From: Lachnospiraceae bacterium | GTDB taxonomy: Bacteria > Bacillota > Clostridia > Lachnospirales > Lachnospiraceae | Reading direction: 5' to 3' | Length of the DNA: 64,000 nt | Assembly: GCA_017397645.1 (NCBI GenBank) | Contig: JAFQIE010000026.1 | Location: 42,941-106,940 of the forward strand | Made by a program: the position numbers and the translations under genes | In this document: positions 55,528-64,000 of the stretch, piece after piece | Layout: each line of letters starts with the position of its first letter | Numbering within the stretch: the stretch's first letter is position 1 | The notes under the pieces: model-generated | What the model was told of the DNA's origin: nothing | What the model saw: the letters and a program-made list of their open reading frames with translations, nothing else | Databases searched by the model: none

Positions 55528-56308
55528 TCTAAAAGCTTTAAAACTATTTCTTCTGGATATGGATGGTACCATTTATTTAGACAACGACTTGTTTGATGGT
55601 GTCACTGACTTTTTGGAACATGTGAGAGCAATTGGCGGAAAGTACATTTTTCTCACCAATAACTCTTCCAAAAGTGTGGATAAATACATAGAAAAACTGG
55701 CATCCTTAGGGATTTCCTCTACTGCCGAGGATTTTCTCACCTCCACCGATGCCACCATCCTCTATCTGAACAAAAAGACTTACCAAAAAATCTATGCTTT
55801 TGGAACCACTTCTTTCAAGGAACAGTTGCGCGCTGCCGGACTTCCCATCACGGACAAATTGGAAGACGGCATCGACTGCCTCTGCATGGGTTTCGACTCG
55901 GAGTTGACATTTCAGAAATTGGAGGACGCCTGTATCCTGTTAAATCGCGGTGTAGACTATATCGCCACTAATCCGGACTGGGTATGCCCTACCTGGTATG
56001 GCTATGTGCCGGACTGCGGTTCCGTCAGCGAAATGCTGTACAATGCCACTAAGAGACGCCCCACCTTCATCGGGAAACCCCAACCCACCATGGCACTACT
56101 TGCCATGGAAAAAACGGGATTTACACCGGAGGAAACCGTGCTCATTGGCGATAGACTTTACACAGACATCGCCTGTGGTGTAAACGCCGGTATCAACACC
56201 ATCTTTGTTCTTTCCGGGGAAGGCACTATGGAAGATTTAGAAAAAAGTGAGGCAAAGCCCACATATGTATATGACCATATCAGAGATGTGTACAAGGACA
56301 TGCAATAA
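55520..56308 (+). CDS. HAD-IIA hydrolase (NagD/AraL-like phosphatase)
   Basis: DMDGT, LTNNSS, IATNPD, GKP, IGDRLYTDI. Confidence 0.93.
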   Translation: MSNLKALKLFLLDMDGTIYLDNDLFDGVTDFLEHVRAIGGKYIFLTNNSSKSVDKYIEKLASLGISSTAEDFLTSTDATILYLNKKTYQKIYAFGTTSFKEQLRAAGLPITDKLEDGIDCLCMGFDSELTFQKLEDACILLNRGVDYIATNPDWVCPTWYGYVPDCGSVSEMLYNATKRRPTFIGKPQPTMALLAMEKTGFTPEETVLIGDRLYTDIACGVNAGINTIFVLSGEGTMEDLEKSEAKPTYVYDHIRDVYKDMQ

Positions 56309-56335
56309 AAATAATAATGATTAGGGAGTGATTTG

Positions 56336-57661
56336 ATGAATATTAACGAATTATTGGAAGGCGTGGAATGCACCTGTGGCAGACACCACACCTGTTCCAT
56401 TCAATCTGTTTACATAGAAAAAGACGCCATAAAACATCTTACCGGTATTTGCAATGGTTATCAAAACGTACTCTTAGTTGCCGACGAAAATACTTTTGCT
56501 GCCGCAGGAGAAGCTGCCGTAACGGCGTTGATGGCACAAGCTACCCCAATAAGTCAGGACACTGCCCACGGTTACCGGACTGTTTCGGGCGGCAGGGCTA
56601 AGACAATCCGCAAGGTGATCTTCCCCGGCTCCATCATACTGGTTCCCAATGAGGCGGCCATCGAAACAGTCACAACGCAGTTAAACGGGATTGATTTCAT
56701 TGTCGGCGTCGGTTCCGGTGTGATTCAGGATTTGTGTAAATATGTTTCCCATTACAACAAAATCCCTTACGCTATCGTAGCCACCGCTCCTTCCATGGAC
56801 GGCTATGCATCCGATGGTGCCGCTATGATTACCGACGGCATGAAGGTAACCTACCCGGCCGGACTACCTGTCGCCATCGTAGCAGATACCACGGTGTTGG
56901 CAAACGCTCCTATGGAAATGTTAAAAGCCGGATATGGCGATATTATCGGTAAATTTTCGGCCCTAAACGATTGGAAATTAAGCCATCTGATGATCGGTGA
57001 GTATTTTTGCCAGTATATCTACGACATTACCATGGCACAGATCCAAAAAACCATTCATTTGGCAGAAGGTATTTTGAAACGGGATGAAGAAAGTGTGAAG
57101 ACCTTGACGGAAGCCTTGGTGGTCATCGGCGTAATGATGAGTTTTGCCGGTTCCTCCCGCCCTGCTTCCGGCAGCGAACACCATTTGTCCCACTTCTTTG
57201 AAATTACCGGTCTCCTGCACGGACAGGATTACTTCCCCCACGGCATTGATGTGGCCTATGGCACGGTAATTACAGCCGAAATCCGTGAGAAACTGGCAAC
57301 ACAACAATTGCCCGAGCAAGTGTATCGCCCCAACCAAGAAGCATATCTTTCCAAAATGGAAGAAATCTACAAGACCTCTGCGGCAGGATGTATCACATTG
57401 CAGGAAAAAGTAGGCAGATATCAGGATACGGATATGCAAAAGTACCGAAGGAAAGAAACTTCGATGCGCACCATTTTGGCCGAAATGCCTTCAGCAGAAG
57501 AAATCAAACATCTGCTTTCTTTGGTGGCGTTGGACATCAATGAATTCTACGACCTGTATGGCACAGACAAAATAAATGACGCAGTCTTATATGCAAAGGA
57601 ATTAAAAGACCGGTATTCTGTTCTTTGGATAAACTACGACTTTAATGGCGGGGAAAAATAA
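56336..57661 (+). CDS. sn-glycerol-1-phosphate dehydrogenase (AraM/EgsA family)
   Basis: GSGVIQDLCK, TAPSMDGYAS, GYGD..GK, SRPASGSEHHLSH, HG. Confidence 0.9.
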   Translation: MNINELLEGVECTCGRHHTCSIQSVYIEKDAIKHLTGICNGYQNVLLVADENTFAAAGEAAVTALMAQATPISQDTAHGYRTVSGGRAKTIRKVIFPGSIILVPNEAAIETVTTQLNGIDFIVGVGSGVIQDLCKYVSHYNKIPYAIVATAPSMDGYASDGAAMITDGMKVTYPAGLPVAIVADTTVLANAPMEMLKAGYGDIIGKFSALNDWKLSHLMIGEYFCQYIYDITMAQIQKTIHLAEGILKRDEESVKTLTEALVVIGVMMSFAGSSRPASGSEHHLSHFFEITGLLHGQDYFPHGIDVAYGTVITAEIREKLATQQLPEQVYRPNQEAYLSKMEEIYKTSAAGCITLQEKVGRYQDTDMQKYRRKETSMRTILAEMPSAEEIKHLLSLVALDINEFYDLYGTDKINDAVLYAKELKDRYSVLWINYDFNGGEK

Positions 57662-57671
57662 CCCCGCCATT
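57644..57671 (+). terminator. hairpin overlapping the G1PDH stop codon
   Basis: AATGGCGGGG...CCCCGCCATT. Confidence 0.65.
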
Positions 57672-57805
57672 TACTTCCGAAAAAAGCAAATATTGTATCA
57701 TAAACGCATATATTGTATCGCAAAAGATATTGCAAATTCCTGGCACGCTGGTATAATTATTCTGATTTTAGAAAGATGACCTCATAATAACGATAGGAGT
57801 ATACA

Positions 57806-59056
57806 ATGGAAAAAAGCAAAAAATACGCATGGCTGGTTTTATTAAGTTTTGGTTTTACCTATTTGTTCTTCTATAATGGCCGCCAAAATATCAATCTTGT
57901 GATGACGCAAATGGCGCAGGACTTAAATTCCAGCACCGCAATTATGGGACGAGTATCTTCTGCCTTGTTCTGGTGTTACGCCTTCGGGCAGTTGATCAAT
58001 GGCCGATTAGGTGCATTCCTTGGTTACAAACGCTTGATGACCATCGGTGTTATATGCAGTGCAGCGTTAAACATTGTGATTTCTTTCCAACACAGCATTG
58101 GTATGATTACTGTGTTGTGGGGATTGAACGGTTTCTTCCAATCCATGGTTTGGGCCAACGGATTAGGCGTTGTCAACGCTTGGTGGCCTCCCGAGAAACG
58201 AGGCTTTGCCACCGGATTTGCCACCTTCTTTTCCGGCATGGCACAAGTCACTACTTACCTGTGCATTTTACTTTGCCTCCAAATGAATCCCGAGTGGGGC
58301 TGGCGTGCGGCATTCCGTTACCCCATTGTACCCATGCTACTGATACTGGTGGTGTTCTTCCTGTTTTTCAAAGACTCCCCTAAGGATGTAGGGTTGGAGG
58401 AATGGAGCGAGGATACAGACGGAGAACCGGATGCCTTGGCAGAGGAAATCAAATCCAAAGGTTACCTGTATCCTTACAAACTGCTCTTTTCCGAACCTAA
58501 AGTGTTGATTTTCTGTCTGATTTCCGCCATCGCAGGCGTTGGCCGTTATGGGCTTTTGACCTGGGTGCCCACCTATTTTACAGAACAGTTGGGTCTGACC
58601 ATCAAGGATGGTATTTTCAGTTCCATCCTGTTGCCCTTCGGTCAGGCATGCGCCATGTTCATCTTCCCTGTCATTACGGACAAACTTCTCAAGGGCAAGC
58701 GTGAACCTATGCTAATCATCGCTTCTCTGGTTACCTTCGGCGGCATGATGGTATTTCCTTTTATCACCAATCAGTATGCTGCCTCTGGTATGCTTTTTGT
58801 GCTAGGCGTGTTCGCAATGGTAACCGGAGTAATATGGACCATCGCAGGCGATATCGGTGGCAAAGCCCTGTCTTCTACCGTGGTGGGTATCTTTGACTGG
58901 GCAGTCTATATGGGTGCCGCAGTACAGGCCATGATGTTCGGCTTCGTAAAAGATACCTTCGGATGGCCTGCCATTTTCGTTATCATCGGATGCCTATACA
59001 TCATCTTATTGGTATTGACCTTGATTGCGCGTAAAATGAAAACAAAACATATTTAG
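57806..59056 (+). CDS. MFS transporter, organophosphate:Pi antiporter (GlpT/UhpC)-like
   Basis: Y..FY.GRQN, YAFGQLING, WGLNGFFQSM.W, P.DVGL; about 12 TM segments. Confidence 0.8.
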   Translation: MEKSKKYAWLVLLSFGFTYLFFYNGRQNINLVMTQMAQDLNSSTAIMGRVSSALFWCYAFGQLINGRLGAFLGYKRLMTIGVICSAALNIVISFQHSIGMITVLWGLNGFFQSMVWANGLGVVNAWWPPEKRGFATGFATFFSGMAQVTTYLCILLCLQMNPEWGWRAAFRYPIVPMLLILVVFFLFFKDSPKDVGLEEWSEDTDGEPDALAEEIKSKGYLYPYKLLFSEPKVLIFCLISAIAGVGRYGLLTWVPTYFTEQLGLTIKDGIFSSILLPFGQACAMFIFPVITDKLLKGKREPMLIIASLVTFGGMMVFPFITNQYAASGMLFVLGVFAMVTGVIWTIAGDIGGKALSSTVVGIFDWAVYMGAAVQAMMFGFVKDTFGWPAIFVIIGCLYIILLVLTLIARKMKTKHI

Positions 59057-59129
59057 AATAAAAAAGTGTTTCTTCTATGAAATCCTCCTTACTCGTGTTA
59101 TGATATACGTATTAAGGAGGGTTCTTTTT

Positions 59130-60140
59130 ATGGGTAATTCTAATGTTATTATGTATACTACCGAAGATGGCTTAATAAAAATAGAAACTACTTTTGACGA
59201 AGATACGGTATGGTTATCCATTGATCAAATGGCAGAACTTTTTCAAAGAGACCGAAGCGTAATTGGAAAACATGTACGCAACATTTTCAAGGAAGGAGAA
59301 TTGAACAAGGACTCAGTTTGGGCAAAATTTGCCTACACTGCCTCTGACGGCAAAACATATCATGTAGATTACTACAATCTGGACGTCATCATTTCCGTCG
59401 GATATCGGGTGAAATCTCATCGTGGCACACAATTCCGTATTTGGGCTACCGGCATATTAAAAGAATATATGAAAAAAGGCTTTGCCTTAGATGACGAACG
59501 TTTAAAGAGACTGGGCGGTGGCAACTACTTCGATGAATTACTTAACCGAATTAGGGATATCCGTTCTTCCGAAAAGGTGTTTTGGCGAAAAGTTTTGGAA
59601 ATTTACGCTACCAGCATAGACTACGATCCCCATTCCGAAAGTTCCATTTTGTTTTTCAAGCAAGTACAAAACAAAATGCATTGGGCTGCCCACAAGCACA
59701 CAGCCGCGGAAGTTATCTATCAACGCGCAGACGCAGAAAAAGAAAACATGGGGCTGACCTCTTGGGGCGGCAGTGCCATCCAGCGTTCTGACGTTGAAAT
59801 AGCAAAAAACTACCTAACTCAGCAGGAATTAGATGCATTAAACAAAATTGTAACGGCTTATCTTGATATTGCGGAAGTGCATGCGTTGAATCAAAAGCCA
59901 ATGTATATGAAAGATTGGTTGGAAACCATTGACGATTATCTCAAAATGACCCGGCGCGATATTCTTACAAGTAGTGGACATATTAGTCACAAACAGGCTC
60001 TTGATAAAGCATATGCAGAATATGACAAATATAAGAAACAGGCAGACAGTACTCTCTCCCTAGTGGAAAAAGACTTTATTGCAAGTTTGAATACATTAGA
60101 AACTCTTGCAGACACAAGACAGAAAGAATCCGAACCATGA
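59130..60140 (+). CDS. virulence RhuM family protein
   Basis: TVWLS..QMAELF, YNLDVIISVGYRVKS.RGTQFR.WA, RIRDIRSSEK. Confidence 0.9.
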   Translation: MGNSNVIMYTTEDGLIKIETTFDEDTVWLSIDQMAELFQRDRSVIGKHVRNIFKEGELNKDSVWAKFAYTASDGKTYHVDYYNLDVIISVGYRVKSHRGTQFRIWATGILKEYMKKGFALDDERLKRLGGGNYFDELLNRIRDIRSSEKVFWRKVLEIYATSIDYDPHSESSILFFKQVQNKMHWAAHKHTAAEVIYQRADAEKENMGLTSWGGSAIQRSDVEIAKNYLTQQELDALNKIVTAYLDIAEVHALNQKPMYMKDWLETIDDYLKMTRRDILTSSGHISHKQALDKAYAEYDKYKKQADSTLSLVEKDFIASLNTLETLADTRQKESEP

Positions 60141-61018
60141 ACAAAACAAATCTAATCAAAGGCTACATATATACCATACTGAGCGCCATCATTTTTGGCT
60201 GCATGCCCTTGATGGCAAAGTACATCTACGCTGATGGCGTGAATCCTATATCTCTAGTATTCCTGCGCAATGTAATTGCGCTCCCCAGTCTTGCCCTCCT
60301 TGCGCTGATACAGGAAAAAACTCTAAAAATAAAAGCAAAACCTTTTCTTCAAGCCGCTATCCCTGCACTGTTTGGATGCGTCCTGACTCCGGTTTTGCTT
60401 TTTAGTTCCTATCATTACCTTGCCACCGGCACGGCTACCATCTTTCATTTTGTGTATCCTTCTTTGGTGGTGTTGATTGGCATATTGTTTTTGAAAAAGA
60501 AGCTAATGCCGGTCACACTCATCAGTATGGTAATGTGCTTCGCAGGTATTCTGTTGTTCTATAATCCCCAAGACAAGCTTCACCCCACCGGGGTACTTCT
60601 TTCCCTTGCTTCCGGGTTGGCCTTCGCTGTTTATGTGATTGTCCTTCCTTATTTCCAAACAGAAGAAAACCACGGATTCTACTTTAGTTTCTATGTAGCT
60701 CTTTGGAGCGCCGTGCAGATGCTTATCATGTGTCTTGGCACCAATCAGCTGACCCTGCCCGGCAGCATCAAGGGATGGGGTATGTGTATCCTATTTGCTT
60801 TGTCTGTAACCAGCGGCGCAGTGGTCCTCTTTCAAAAAGGAACCTATCTCATTGGTGGTGAAAAATCTTCCATTTTAAGCACCCTTGAGCCCATCACAGG
60901 AGTTTTGATTGGCATCCTAGTGTTTCGGGAAGATTTCAATTTCTACACCATCTTAGGTTCATTGTTGGTTATCGCTGCCAGTGTACTGATAGCGATACCC
61001 GATTTTAAGAAGGATTAG
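60137..61018 (+). CDS. DMT/EamA family transporter
   Basis: About 10 TM segments, two EamA repeats, SILSTLEP. Confidence 0.88.
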   Translation: MNKTNLIKGYIYTILSAIIFGCMPLMAKYIYADGVNPISLVFLRNVIALPSLALLALIQEKTLKIKAKPFLQAAIPALFGCVLTPVLLFSSYHYLATGTATIFHFVYPSLVVLIGILFLKKKLMPVTLISMVMCFAGILLFYNPQDKLHPTGVLLSLASGLAFAVYVIVLPYFQTEENHGFYFSFYVALWSAVQMLIMCLGTNQLTLPGSIKGWGMCILFALSVTSGAVVLFQKGTYLIGGEKSSILSTLEPITGVLIGILVFREDFNFYTILGSLLVIAASVLIAIPDFKKD

Positions 61019-61868
61019 GCTCCCAGCCTGCGATGTCTGCCATCTCAAAATCGTAGGTAAGAGGCTTCCCATACACCTTCTCATACGTCGCCTTCTTCCA
61101 GCAGTAGTCAGTGGCGCACATCATTTCGCTATTCTCCTTCACGCCCTTGCTTTCATCCGGGCGGATGATTCCCAAAATATGCAATCGATATTTCACTTTT
61201 CGAAAATGCTCTCTCTCTTTTTCTTCTGTATCAATCATCTCCACGAAGCAGGAAACAATCGGCTTGTGCAAGCTGGCCGCAAAAAAGTATGCCCCTCTCT
61301 TTAGCGGGCGGGGCTTGCGGTAATTGAACCACATCTCCTGCTCCGGATAAATCAGCACCGGCTCCCTGCGGTCCGTTAACTCTTTCAACACTTCCAAAAA
61401 CTCCTTGTTTAAATAGCGCATATCCATGGAAAGGGGAATGGTATCCCCGTAATTCATCAAATATCCTATTACACCCTTCATGGCAAAATTTGTTACCTGG
61501 CTCACGATATTCAACTTACGGAATCCCTTCCTGCGCACCCAATAACGAATGATGGTGTTTTCCAAAGGGGAAAAATGGTTGGAAGTAATCACAGCCCCTT
61601 CCCTCAACACAGTTTCGTCTATGTCACCCACAATCTCCATCTTTCTGTTCAGCAAATCGCTTCCCACGTTGGCAATCCCGCGGGCAAGCAGCGTCTTACC
61701 CTGAAACCCTGCTTTTTTTCGATTGCGGATATATTTGTCCGTGATGGCTTTGGTTTCCGCATTGGTTAAAACAGGATCATTGACTTCCACCTTGCGGTAA
61801 AAGTCTTGCTCTGCAATGGCCTGTTTTATATTCTCTATCACTGCCTCTCTGTTTTCTCCGATGATCAT
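61005..61868 (-). CDS. lysophospholipid acyltransferase family protein (PlsC-like)
   Basis: SNHFSPLE, LIYPEQEMW; ATG 61868 overlaps the GT8 stop. Confidence 0.8.
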   Translation of the reverse strand: MIIGENREAVIENIKQAIAEQDFYRKVEVNDPVLTNAETKAITDKYIRNRKKAGFQGKTLLARGIANVGSDLLNRKMEIVGDIDETVLREGAVITSNHFSPLENTIIRYWVRRKGFRKLNIVSQVTNFAMKGVIGYLMNYGDTIPLSMDMRYLNKEFLEVLKELTDRREPVLIYPEQEMWFNYRKPRPLKRGAYFFAASLHKPIVSCFVEMIDTEEKEREHFRKVKYRLHILGIIRPDESKGVKENSEMMCATDYCWKKATYEKVYGKPLTYDFEMADIAGWEPNPS

Positions 61869-62818
61869 AATGCGATTTGCACCCCACCTTCTGCTATATT
61901 CCTGAAGGTCACACTCATCCGGCAGATTTCTTCTGCCCGTTCCAGCATTCGTTTCAGGCACAGTTTGTCAGCCTCTCTGTGTTCATTGGTATACGCCCTG
62001 CGGTGTGCTTTGGCTTCCGCTTCAAAACCACCCTTGGCCACATATTTCCAGAACAACTCCCCATACGGGATCTCATCATAGCACCAAGGCTTAGAGAACA
62101 AGTTATAATGTACAATTTTGGCATTTTGCACCGGCGTATGTCCTTCACAGGGCATCACATCCCACACTTCGTCCAAATATAGAATCCGGTCCTTACAGAT
62201 GGCATTAAGATAATCCTGGTCAGGAGCTACGCTTTCGAAATGATACTCGTTCAATAGAGACAAAAAATGTTTGTCAAACTTCTGCTCGCGCAGCGCTTTC
62301 AGATTCATCAGAAGCACGCCGGAATTAATATACTTATGGCGGTTTACACCCACAGCCTGTTCCATGTACCGAGCAAAGATGTCAACATCTACAACAGACT
62401 TATCCGCGCAGGCACCAATAAGGTTCTCGCCCAAATTCATATCAAACAGCTGTGCCAAATCTCCCAGCACCACCACATCACTGTCAATATAGATTCCCTT
62501 GTCATACTCCGGAAACATGGAGGCAATGAACAATCTGAAATAAATAGTCAGTGTAAAAAAATCGAAGCGCATGCAGTTGGAACTTCTGTTGGTAATGCTT
62601 TCTAATCCTTTTTGCATTTCCACAAACTCTATCTGAAAGTTATCTGTGGCAAGTGCCGAAAGCCTTGCCTTATTTTTTTCGCTGACGCCTTGATGTAATA
62701 CAATAGCTTTATACTCTCTGTCTTTGGAACAATTTTCCACCGCCGATGCCAGTGCCGCAGACAAAAAAGGGGCGAAGCCGTCGTCAATGGAAAAGAAGAT
62801 AGGTATCTCTCTCATCAC
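61865..62818 (-). CDS. glycosyltransferase family 8
   Basis: YFRLFI, IYIDSD (DxD), YINSGVLLMNL, DQDYLN, IVHY..FSKPW. Confidence 0.92.
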   Translation of the reverse strand: MMREIPIFFSIDDGFAPFLSAALASAVENCSKDREYKAIVLHQGVSEKNKARLSALATDNFQIEFVEMQKGLESITNRSSNCMRFDFFTLTIYFRLFIASMFPEYDKGIYIDSDVVVLGDLAQLFDMNLGENLIGACADKSVVDVDIFARYMEQAVGVNRHKYINSGVLLMNLKALREQKFDKHFLSLLNEYHFESVAPDQDYLNAICKDRILYLDEVWDVMPCEGHTPVQNAKIVHYNLFSKPWCYDEIPYGELFWKYVAKGGFEAEAKAHRRAYTNEHREADKLCLKRMLERAEEICRMSVTFRNIAEGGVQIAL

Positions 62819-62970
62819 TGAAATTCTCCTTGCTTTTTCTTTCCCTTTATTATGACGTCGCTTCGTCCCTTGTTCAATCTACGCGGCTTCTCTACCGCTC
62901 TACTCTTAGGTTTTTGGGGTGTAGAGTTTCTCTACCGTTCACTCTACTGTCAGTGGAATACCACGTAAAA

Positions 62971-63579
62971 TCAGGCTTCTTCGGTATGTTTCGGGCGTCT
63001 CATCAGCCGCCAAAACAGGATAATCAGCTGTCCGGGAACGCCCAGTAAATAAATCATGGAAATATTAATGTGGAACAACAAAAGTGAGACATGGACACAC
63101 AAAAGCACCGACCACATCAACAAAGATACAATCCAATAATTGCGCTTTGGATTGAACCAAAGGCTGTTGAACACTAACCAAATGATGCACTCCACAGGCA
63201 ACGCATACACAAAGCATAACCAATGATTGGACGGCCCCTTCCACAAAATAGAAAGCATCACATATACAAAAGTAGCAATCAGCGCCACCAGCATCATAAC
63301 GATTGCCGTAATCGCCTTTTTGCTGTATCGTACCGTACGCTTGCCCGTCTCTACCTTGACCTTCTCAGACTGCGGCCTAACCAATTCGTCTAAGGTTACT
63401 TCAAACAATTCAGCAATCTCCACCAGCACTGTCACATCCGGCAAAGACTCCCCATGCTCCCACTTAGAAACCGCCTTATCGGAATAATTCAGCTTCTCTG
63501 CCAGTTCCAACTGGGTCATTCCTTTCTGCCGCCTGAGTTCTACAATATTTTTTGCAATGGCTGATTTTACATCATTCAT
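62971..63579 (-). CDS. XRE-family HTH regulator with C-terminal membrane segments
   Basis: MTQLELAEKLNYSDKAVSKWE.G...PD; four hydrophobic helices. Confidence 0.88.
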   Translation of the reverse strand: MNDVKSAIAKNIVELRRQKGMTQLELAEKLNYSDKAVSKWEHGESLPDVTVLVEIAELFEVTLDELVRPQSEKVKVETGKRTVRYSKKAITAIVMMLVALIATFVYVMLSILWKGPSNHWLCFVYALPVECIIWLVFNSLWFNPKRNYWIVSLLMWSVLLCVHVSLLLFHINISMIYLLGVPGQLIILFWRLMRRPKHTEEA

Positions 63580-63593
63580 CTAAATCTTTCTCC

Positions 63594-64000
63594 TTAAAGT
63601 GCGTTCACAAATTCTATCAGTTGCTCCATATCGCCGTGAGGGTATTCGGATATATCCCGTCCGGACTTATTTAACAGACAGTCACCTTAGTCGCCAATGC
63701 ATTATATCCGCACACCTCTTCGACTTTGGAAAAATCCGTTCTATAAAACTCTTCGAATATGGGCTCGTCTTTGAGGGCATCCTGTCCGAAAATCTCGCAG
63801 AACTTTTTCCAAAAAGCCTTTTCATTGGTTCGCTCCCCGGTGTTCTTTATCATCTCTGACGTTCCCGCCCAAATGGCCGATATCAGTTTCTCAGGGTCAT
63901 ACCCGTAAGGTGCCAGTTTTGTCGCAAGTGCGCCGAAATAAGCCTTGATAAAAGCGTCCATATCCATAGGTAGCAATGTCCCGTCAAGATCGAATAATAC
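63594..64000 (-). pseudogene. HAD-family hydrolase with an internal deletion and frameshift; start lies beyond the window
   Basis: VLFDLDGTLLPMD motif I; frame ends at 63671; the family-type C-terminus DCLLNKSGRDISEYPHGDMEQLIEFVNAL* follows directly in another frame; motifs II-IV absent. Confidence 0.7.

Noticed and set aside
1-64000. tRNA, rRNA, IS transposase or site-specific recombinase genes
   Set aside because: None recognised by eye in any intergenic gap or ORF; tRNAscan, Infernal and HMM searches would be needed to exclude them fully

Overview
64 kb chromosomal window from a spore-forming Clostridia bacterium, most likely Lachnospiraceae (sigA and sigF/G-type promoters, T-box-controlled type-2 IleRS, spoIIQ-like and spoVT genes). 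Most genes up to about 52 kb lie on the minus strand. Housekeeping genes (murF, ddl, glgP, ileS, aconitase-like hydratase, spoVT) alternate with carbohydrate loci: a ROK-controlled Gfo/Gfo/DegT-aminotransferase/GH20 unit; an AraC/GH2/2115-aa PL2 surface lipoprotein/GH2 locus; an AraC/TIM-barrel isomerase/Gfo/Gfo cassette; and a DeoR/GlpA-like/NagD/G1P-dehydrogenase/MFS cluster. Small accessory genes include two AAA-DUF4143 ATPases, XRE plus Bro-N, a HipA-like kinase pair and RhuM. The main non-obvious signals are: (1) three copies of the spoVT 5' end that delimit two tandem integrase-less cargo cassettes; (2) a non-coding array of five inverted-arm units at 52-53 bp period between the GH2 gene and the ileS promoter; (3) a Firmicute PL2 pectate-lyase domain in a giant lipoprotein whose SLH triplet appears inserted inside an Ig domain; (4) a split HipA-type kinase operon with a perfect operator palindrome. 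I saw no rRNA, tRNA, CRISPR array or intact recombinase/transposase. All family calls come from motif recognition by eye, not database searches.
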